A DNA stretch of 32,000 nucleotides, taken from positions 810,001 to 842,000 of the forward strand of contig NZ_DS995298.1 of NCBI RefSeq assembly GCF_000155895.1. Direction: 5' to 3'. Below, one piece after another: positions 21,011-32,000 of this stretch (within the stretch, counting starts at the first letter, position 1; every line of letters begins with the position of its first letter). This stretch comes from Candidatus Pelagibacter sp. HTCC7211. GTDB lineage: Bacteria > Pseudomonadota > Alphaproteobacteria > Pelagibacterales > Pelagibacteraceae. A model generated the notes under the pieces. That model saw nothing but the letters and a program-made list of their open reading frames with translations. It had not been told where the DNA came from and ran no database searches. Position numbers and translations under genes: made by a program.

Positions 21011-21043
21011 ATGCGCAATAACTATTAATTATTTATAAAATAA

Positions 21044-21787
21044 TCAACTCTTTTTTTTTAAATAACTTAAATGATGAAATACAATTGCTGCACTATTTGA
21101 GATATTTAGACTTTCTATATCTTTATTTATATCTATTTTAACAAAAAAATCAGCGTATTTACCTGTATGTTCTTTCATACCAAAACCTTCGGATCCAAAA
21201 AGAAGAACATTTTTTCCTTCCCACTTAACATCAGTAAAATTTTTTTCGCCTCTTGCATCAAAACCATATACCCAAAAATTTTTCTCTCTTAAATTTTTAA
21301 GTGTAGAATTTATATTTGATACTTTAAAAATGTTTAGATGTTCCATACACCCACTTGCTGATTTATACATCAGCTTACTATCACTTGGAAAATGTCTTTC
21401 TTTGACAATTAATCCATCAATTTTAAATGATGCAGCACTTCTAATTAATGAACCAATATTTCTTGGATCAGTTACTTCATCCAAACATACAAAAGTACAA
21501 TCTTTTTTCTCTTTTATAAACTCTTTGAGATCAGGCTGTTCAAGATGTTCAACTTCTGCAATGTAACCATTATGCATTAATTGTTCTTTTGAAGTGTATT
21601 TATCTAATTCTTTTTTTGATTTAAAGTAAACTTTGACATCTTCTAATACATTTTTTCTAGAGTTCTTTTTATGAATATTTTTTTTTGCATCTTCAGTTAA
21701 AAATACTCTTAAAACCTTCCTGTTAGGATTTCTGAGAGCTTCTATTACAGCATGTTGGCCAGCGATGAAAAAGGATGATTTATTCAT
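21044..21787 (-). CDS. rlmB: TrmH/SpoU-family rRNA 2'-O-methyltransferase (RlmB-like)
   Basis: GQHAVIEAL N-terminal substrate-binding region, LDEVTDPRNIGSLIRSAASF, LLFGSEGFGM and SLNISNSAAIVF are SpoU methylase motifs. Confidence 0.85.
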   Translation of the reverse strand: MNKSSFFIAGQHAVIEALRNPNRKVLRVFLTEDAKKNIHKKNSRKNVLEDVKVYFKSKKELDKYTSKEQLMHNGYIAEVEHLEQPDLKEFIKEKKDCTFVCLDEVTDPRNIGSLIRSAASFKIDGLIVKERHFPSDSKLMYKSASGCMEHLNIFKVSNINSTLKNLREKNFWVYGFDARGEKNFTDVKWEGKNVLLFGSEGFGMKEHTGKYADFFVKIDINKDIESLNISNSAAIVFHHLSYLKKKS

Positions 21788-21915
21788 AAATTTAATAGAG
21801 TTTTACACGTTTTTTTGAATATTTTCTTATTAAATCACGTGTTGCATTTGCATAAATAAAATATATAAAACGCATGTTGTTTGAAGCTTTATTGAACAGG
21901 GGACACTTCCCCAAA

Positions 21916-22001
21916 GGAGGGGTTCCAGAGCGGTCAAATGGGGCGGGCTGTAAACCCGTTGACTTCGGTCTTCGAAAGTTCGAATCTTTCCCCCTCCACC
22001 A
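21916..22001 (+). tRNA. tRNA-Tyr (anticodon GUA)
   Basis: GGAGGGG...CCCCTCCACCA, anticodon loop CT-GTA-AA, long variable arm. Closely parallels E. coli tRNA-Tyr. Confidence 0.9.
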
Positions 22002-22046
22002 TTCAATAAAAATTTTAATAACGTGGAGTGTTACTCTTGGGGTTGT

Positions 22047-22120
22047 GCGGGTGTAGTTCAATGGTAGAACGCTAGCCTTCCAAGCTGGATGTAAGGGTTC
22101 GATTCCCTTTACCCGCTCCA
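22047..22120 (+). tRNA. tRNA-Gly (anticodon UCC)
   Basis: GCGGGTG...TACCCGCTCCA, anticodon loop CT-TCC-AA. Confidence 0.9.
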
Positions 22121-22166
22121 AGAAAAAGAAATTATTAATGAAAACAAAAACTGAGGTAAAAAAGTA

Positions 22167-23357
22167 ATGTCAAAAGAAAAATTTGTTAGAAGCAAACCCC
22201 ATTGTAACATTGGGACTATTGGTCATGTCGACCATGGTAAAACAACTCTTACTGCAGCTATTACAAATGTATTAGCAGAAGCTGGTGGTGGAACTGCTGT
22301 AGCTTACGATCAAATCGATAAGGCTCCAGAAGAAAAAGAAAGAGGAATTACAATTTCAACTGCACACGTTGAATACGAAACAGAAAAAAGACATTATGCT
22401 CACGTTGATTGTCCAGGTCACGCCGATTATGTAAAAAATATGATCACTGGTGCTGCACAAATGGATGGTGCTATCTTAGTAGTAAATGCTGCTGATGGTC
22501 CTATGCCTCAAACAAGAGAACATATTCTTTTAGGAAGACAAGTTGGAATCCCAGCAATTGTTGTTTACTTAAATAAAGTAGACCAAGTTGATGATAAAGA
22601 TATGATCGAACTTGTTGAAGAAGAAATTAGAGAACTTTTAACATCTTACAAATATCCTGGAGAAACAACTCCTATCGTAAAAGGTTCTGCATTAGCAGCT
22701 GTAGAAAAAAGAGATGATGAAATTGGAAAAAATTCAATTTTAGAATTAATGAAAGCTGTTGATGAGCATATTCCGCAACCAGCTAGAGAAGTTGACAAAC
22801 CTTTCTTGATGCCGGTTGAGGACGTTTTTTCAATTTCTGGAAGAGGAACAGTTGCAACTGGAAGAGTAGAGTCAGGTGTAATTAAAACTGGTGAAGAAGT
22901 TGAAATTGTTGGAATTAGAGAAACTAAAAAATCAGTTTGTACTGGTGTTGAAATGTTTAGAAAACTTTTAGATTCAGGTGAAGCTGGTGATAACGTTGGA
23001 ATTTTATTGAGAGGTATTGAAAGAACAGACATCGAAAGAGGACAAGTTCTTTGTAAGCCTGGTTCAATTACTCCACATACTAAATTTGAAGCTCAAGCGT
23101 ATGTACTTAAAAAAGATGAGGGTGGAAGACATACACCGTTCTTTACTAAATACAGACCACAGTTTTATTTTAGAACAACTGATGTAACAGGTGAAGTAGA
23201 GTTGCCAGCAGGTACTGAAATGGTAATGCCAGGTGATGATGCTAAATTTACTGTTAAGTTAATTACACCGATTGCAATGGCTGAACAATTAAACTTTGCA
23301 ATTAGAGAAGGTGGAAGAACTGTTGGAGCAGGAGTAGTAACTAAAATTATAGAGTAA
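22167..23357 (+). CDS. tuf: elongation factor Tu
   Basis: [18 protein letters not shown] and NKVD GTPase motifs with full-length EF-Tu colinearity. GAGG Shine-Dalgarno sequence upstream. Confidence 0.99.
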   Translation: MSKEKFVRSKPHCNIGTIGHVDHGKTTLTAAITNVLAEAGGGTAVAYDQIDKAPEEKERGITISTAHVEYETEKRHYAHVDCPGHADYVKNMITGAAQMDGAILVVNAADGPMPQTREHILLGRQVGIPAIVVYLNKVDQVDDKDMIELVEEEIRELLTSYKYPGETTPIVKGSALAAVEKRDDEIGKNSILELMKAVDEHIPQPAREVDKPFLMPVEDVFSISGRGTVATGRVESGVIKTGEEVEIVGIRETKKSVCTGVEMFRKLLDSGEAGDNVGILLRGIERTDIERGQVLCKPGSITPHTKFEAQAYVLKKDEGGRHTPFFTKYRPQFYFRTTDVTGEVELPAGTEMVMPGDDAKFTVKLITPIAMAEQLNFAIREGGRTVGAGVVTKIIE

Positions 23358-23367
23358 CTCTATAAAT

Positions 23368-23443
23368 AGGAGTGTAGCTCAATTGGTAGAGCGCCGGTCT
23401 CCAAAACCGGAGGCTGAGGGTTCGAGTCCCTCCGCTCCTGCCA
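23368..23443 (+). tRNA. tRNA-Trp (anticodon CCA)
   Basis: AGGAGTG...CGCTCCTGCCA, anticodon loop CT-CCA-AA. Conserved tuf-trpT-secE position. Confidence 0.9.
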
Positions 23444-23460
23444 ATTAGAGCTTAAAGATT

Positions 23461-23652
23461 ATGAAAAACCCGATTAAATTTATTCAGGAAGTTAAACAAG
23501 AGGCTTTTAAAGTTTCATGGCCTACATGGAAAGAGACATTACAAGGTGCTTTAATGGTATTTGCAATGGCTGTAATAATGTCATTGTTTTTTCTTCTTTT
23601 AGATCAGGTTTTAAAGTTTTTTTTAGAACTACTACTTAAAGTGAGTATTTAA
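23461..23652 (+). CDS. secE: preprotein translocase subunit SecE
   Basis: 63-aa single-TM protein (EVKQEAFKVSWPTWKET...) in the conserved position before nusG. Confidence 0.9.
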   Translation: MKNPIKFIQEVKQEAFKVSWPTWKETLQGALMVFAMAVIMSLFFLLLDQVLKFFLELLLKVSI

Positions 23653-24182
23653 TGAAAAATTGGTATATTGTTCAATCACATTCAAGCTTTGAAAACAAAG
23701 TGGCTGGCCTTATTAAAGAAGAGGCTGATAAAGCTAAAATTGGTGAAAAATTTGAGGAAATTATTGTTCCAACTCACGATGTAACTGAAGTTAAAAGAGG
23801 TAAGAGAGTTCAAAGAAAAAAGAAATATTTTCCAGGTTACGTGCTAATCAAAAGTGAAATGGACAACAATATCTATCACATGATTAAAAACATAAAGAGA
23901 GTGAGTGGTTTTCTTGGATCAAAAGGAATTCCTGTTCCAGTTTCAGATAAAGAAATAGAGAAGATATTAGGTCAAATAAAAGATGGTGTGGCTCAGCCAA
24001 AATCTGGTATAGAGTACAGCGTTGGTGAAAAAGTTCAGGTAGTTGATGGTCCTTTTGCATCATTCAGTGGAATGGTGGAAGATATAGATGAAGAAAAGTC
24101 TAGACTTAAGGTCTCTGTTTCTATATTTGGACGTCCAACACCAGTAGATTTAGAATATAACCAAGTTGAGAAAGTAAGTTAA
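23652..24182 (+). CDS. nusG: transcription termination/antitermination factor NusG
   Basis: WY.VQ..S..E NGN start and a C-terminal KOW ([22 protein letters not shown]). TAATG overlap with secE. Confidence 0.95.
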   Translation: MKNWYIVQSHSSFENKVAGLIKEEADKAKIGEKFEEIIVPTHDVTEVKRGKRVQRKKKYFPGYVLIKSEMDNNIYHMIKNIKRVSGFLGSKGIPVPVSDKEIEKILGQIKDGVAQPKSGIEYSVGEKVQVVDGPFASFSGMVEDIDEEKSRLKVSVSIFGRPTPVDLEYNQVEKVS

Positions 24183-24607
24183 TGGCAAAAGAGATAAGTG
24201 GATTTATAAAATTACAAATTAAAGGTGGTCAAGCAAATCCTGCTCCACCTGTTGGTCCAGCATTAGGTCAACGTGGTGTTAACATTATGGAATTTTGCAA
24301 AGCATTTAATGACAAAACAAAATCAATGGCAGGTAAACCTGTACCAGTTGAGATAACGGTCTATAAAGACAAAAAATTTGATTTTAAAATTAAATCACCA
24401 CCAGCATCTTTTTTTATAAAAGAAGCAGTTAAACTTAAAGGTGGATCAAAAGAACCAGGTAGAAATATTGTTGCAACAATTTCAAAAAAACAATTAGAAG
24501 ATATTGCTAATCAAAAAATGGCTGATTTAAATGCTCATGATTTAGATGAAGCAATAAAAATTATTGCAGGTTCTGCAAGATCAATGGGTATAGAGGTAAA
24601 AGAATAA
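24182..24607 (+). CDS. rplK: 50S ribosomal protein L11
   Basis: [35 protein letters not shown]. Confidence 0.98.
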   Translation: MAKEISGFIKLQIKGGQANPAPPVGPALGQRGVNIMEFCKAFNDKTKSMAGKPVPVEITVYKDKKFDFKIKSPPASFFIKEAVKLKGGSKEPGRNIVATISKKQLEDIANQKMADLNAHDLDEAIKIIAGSARSMGIEVKE

Positions 24608-25296
24608 TGGCTTCAAAAAGATATAAAAAATTACCTAAAAATACTAAAGATTTAAATGCAGATGTAATTGAAAAATTATTACCTCAATTAAAAGAAAACT
24701 GTACAACTAAATTTGATGAGTCTTTAGACTTAAGTTTCCAGATTAATAATAAACAAAAGAAAAGCGAAGTTAATATTAGAACAGTTGTAAACTTACCTGG
24801 TGGAACTGGTAAAGATGTAAAAGTTGCTGTTGTTTGTGAAGAAAACAAAGCTCAAGAAGCAAGAGATGCTGGAGCAGATATTGTTGGAAGTGATGAATTT
24901 GTTGAAAAAATTAAAGGTGGTGAATTAAATTTTGAAAAATTAATTTGCACACCTGGTATGATGATCAAACTATCAAAATTAGGAAAAGTTTTAGGTCCAA
25001 AAGGATTGATGCCTAACCCAAAACTTGGTTCTGTATCTGAAAATATTAAAGAAGCTATTACAAACGCTAAATCAGGTCAAGTTGAAATTAGAAATGATAA
25101 AGATGGCAACATTGGTGTTAGCATTGGAAAAAAATCTTTTCATGATGATCAGTTATTAAAAAACTTCCATGCGGTATTAGATGCTCTAGAAAAAGAAAAG
25201 TCTAACAATACTCTCAAAGGTGATTTAATTAAAAATACTTTTGTAACTTCAACTATGGGTGTTTCATATAAAGTTAAATTAGGGAAGGCGATTTAG
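24607..25296 (+). CDS. rplA: 50S ribosomal protein L1
   Basis: LGPKGLMPNPKLGSV and overall L1 colinearity. Confidence 0.97.
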   Translation: MASKRYKKLPKNTKDLNADVIEKLLPQLKENCTTKFDESLDLSFQINNKQKKSEVNIRTVVNLPGGTGKDVKVAVVCEENKAQEARDAGADIVGSDEFVEKIKGGELNFEKLICTPGMMIKLSKLGKVLGPKGLMPNPKLGSVSENIKEAITNAKSGQVEIRNDKDGNIGVSIGKKSFHDDQLLKNFHAVLDALEKEKSNNTLKGDLIKNTFVTSTMGVSYKVKLGKAI

Positions 25297-25298
25297 TT

Positions 25299-25820
25299 AT
25301 GATGACCAAAGTTCAAAAAAAGAATTATATTTCTGAAATGTCAACACAGTTTGAAAATAGTAAAGCTGTTATGGTTACTCATTATCAGGGATTGACTATG
25401 GTTCAACTGGATGAATTAAGAGCTCAGATGAGAGAGCATGGAATTATTTTTAAAATTACAAAAAATAGAATCACTAAATTAGCTTTAGAAAATACTAAGT
25501 GTAAAGAATTGTCAGACTTATTTAAAGGACCAACAGCAGTAGCTTTTGGTGAAGATGCAATTATGTCTGCAAGAATTTTGTCTAAATTTGCAAAAGATAA
25601 CGATAGTTTAAAATTAATTGGTGGAATTATGGATAATGAGGTCTTAGACCAGGCCGGTGTCCAAAATGTAGCAAGTTTGCCAACATTAGATGAAGCAAGA
25701 GCAAATATTGTTGGTATTTTAAATGCTCCAGCGTCTAAATTAGTGAGTATTTTGCTTGCATACTCAGAAAAAATGAGTAGTTTGTCCGCAGAAAATTCTG
25801 AAACACAACCTAAAGAGTAA
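25299..25820 (+). CDS. rplJ: 50S ribosomal protein L10
   Basis: Conserved position between rplA and rplL. YQGLTMVQLDELRAQMRE. Start could be ATG 25302. Confidence 0.95.
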   Translation: MMTKVQKKNYISEMSTQFENSKAVMVTHYQGLTMVQLDELRAQMREHGIIFKITKNRITKLALENTKCKELSDLFKGPTAVAFGEDAIMSARILSKFAKDNDSLKLIGGIMDNEVLDQAGVQNVASLPTLDEARANIVGILNAPASKLVSILLAYSEKMSSLSAENSETQPKE

Positions 25821-25826
25821 TAAAAT

Positions 25827-26192
25827 ATGCCTGACCTAAATAAAATTATTGAAGACCTTTCGAGTTTAACTGTTGCAGAGGCAGCTGAACTTTCAAAACA
25901 ATTAGAAGAAAAATGGGGTGTTACTCCAATGGCAGCAGCAGCTCCAGCAGCAGCAGGTGGTGCAGCTCCAGCAGAAGACAAAGATGATTTTACAATTATG
26001 CTTGTGTCGGCTGGTGAGAAAAAAATTAACGTTATCAAAGAAGTTAGAGCAGCAACTTCATTAGGTTTAAAAGAAGCTAAAGATCTTGTAGAGGGAGCAC
26101 CAAAAGAAGTTAAATCTGGTGTTAATAAAAAAGAAGCTGAAGAGATCAAAGCTAAGTTAGAAGCTGCGGGCGCTAAAGTAGAACTTAAATAA
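25827..26192 (+). CDS. rplL: 50S ribosomal protein L7/L12
   Basis: Ala-rich hinge and C-terminal domain [25 protein letters not shown]. Confidence 0.98.
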   Translation: MPDLNKIIEDLSSLTVAEAAELSKQLEEKWGVTPMAAAAPAAAGGAAPAEDKDDFTIMLVSAGEKKINVIKEVRAATSLGLKEAKDLVEGAPKEVKSGVNKKEAEEIKAKLEAAGAKVELK

Positions 26193-26211
26193 ATTAACAA
26201 GAAAGAATTCG

Positions 26212-26237
26212 AATACTGATTATTTTTAATCAGTATT
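26212..26237 (+). terminator. AT-rich hairpin in the rplL-rpoB spacer (possible attenuator)
   Basis: AATACTGATTA-tttt-TAATCAGTATT is an 11-bp perfect stem but has only 2 GC pairs and a weak T tract. It sits where rplL-rpoB attenuators occur in other bacteria. Confidence 0.4.
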
Positions 26238-26248
26238 ATTAAATATAA

Positions 26249-32000
<5,752 letters not shown>

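Noticed and set aside
1134-21566. Short track ORFs 1134..1328, 6337..6543, 10252..10449, 12837..13061, 14178..14378, 14470..14655, 19386..19571 and 21330..21566
   Set aside because: Each lies inside a longer, better-supported ORF, on the opposite strand or (19386..19571) in another frame of the same strand. They have low-complexity AT-codon translations (Ile/Phe/Leu/Lys-rich) and no start context.
21792-22121. 109-aa minus-strand ORF, plus the 60-aa plus-strand ORF 21874..22056
   Set aside because: Both run through tRNA-Tyr and tRNA-Gly. The region is better explained by the two tRNA genes and their upstream spacer.
22646-23032. 128-aa minus-strand ORF inside tuf
   Set aside because: Antisense shadow ORF of a highly conserved gene.

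Overview
Very AT-rich, tightly packed sequence with alphaproteobacterial core genes. I infer a SAR11/Pelagibacterales-type genome from the EF-Tu, RpoB and NusG sequences read by eye, the AT richness and the many TAATG/ATGA start-stop overlaps; no database search was possible. The window has three parts. (1) 1..15.5 kb is an accessory (flexible) island of about 35 mostly unrecognisable small genes. Recognisable by eye are a Cas4/RecB-like PD-(D/E)XK nuclease, a full-length CASTOR/POLLUX-type RCK cation channel homolog, two GIY-YIG nucleases, an extra ClpS adaptor, a CII-like regulator candidate, and many small acidic or secreted proteins. The island is organised by a 28-bp palindromic operator (AGTGAAAT-N12-ATTTCACT) present in 4 exact copies. 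Each copy sits in fixed register with a GTTGACG -35 box, and three of the four continue to a -10 box and a start codon 6 nt after it, which suggests leaderless mRNAs. Its right end is a 1.8-kb insertion bounded by a 150-bp duplication of the tRNA-Leu promoter plus the 5' half of the tRNA. (2) 15.5..21.0 kb holds tRNA-Leu(UAA) and nadK, then three tandem integrase-less cassettes (CsgG-like protein; two type IV pilin-like genes; four small secreted/membrane proteins). Each cassette is bounded by a copy of the 3' ~48 nt of tRNA-Thr(UGU) and carries cassette-specific tandem 11-bp repeats at both ends. (3) 21.0..32.0 kb is an ordinary conserved core: rlmB-like, tRNA-Tyr, tRNA-Gly, tuf, tRNA-Trp, secE, nusG, rplK, rplA, rplJ, rplL, rpoB and partial rpoC. 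No integrase, capsid or terminase gene, CRISPR array or rRNA is visible. All homology statements are pattern recognition without alignment tools.
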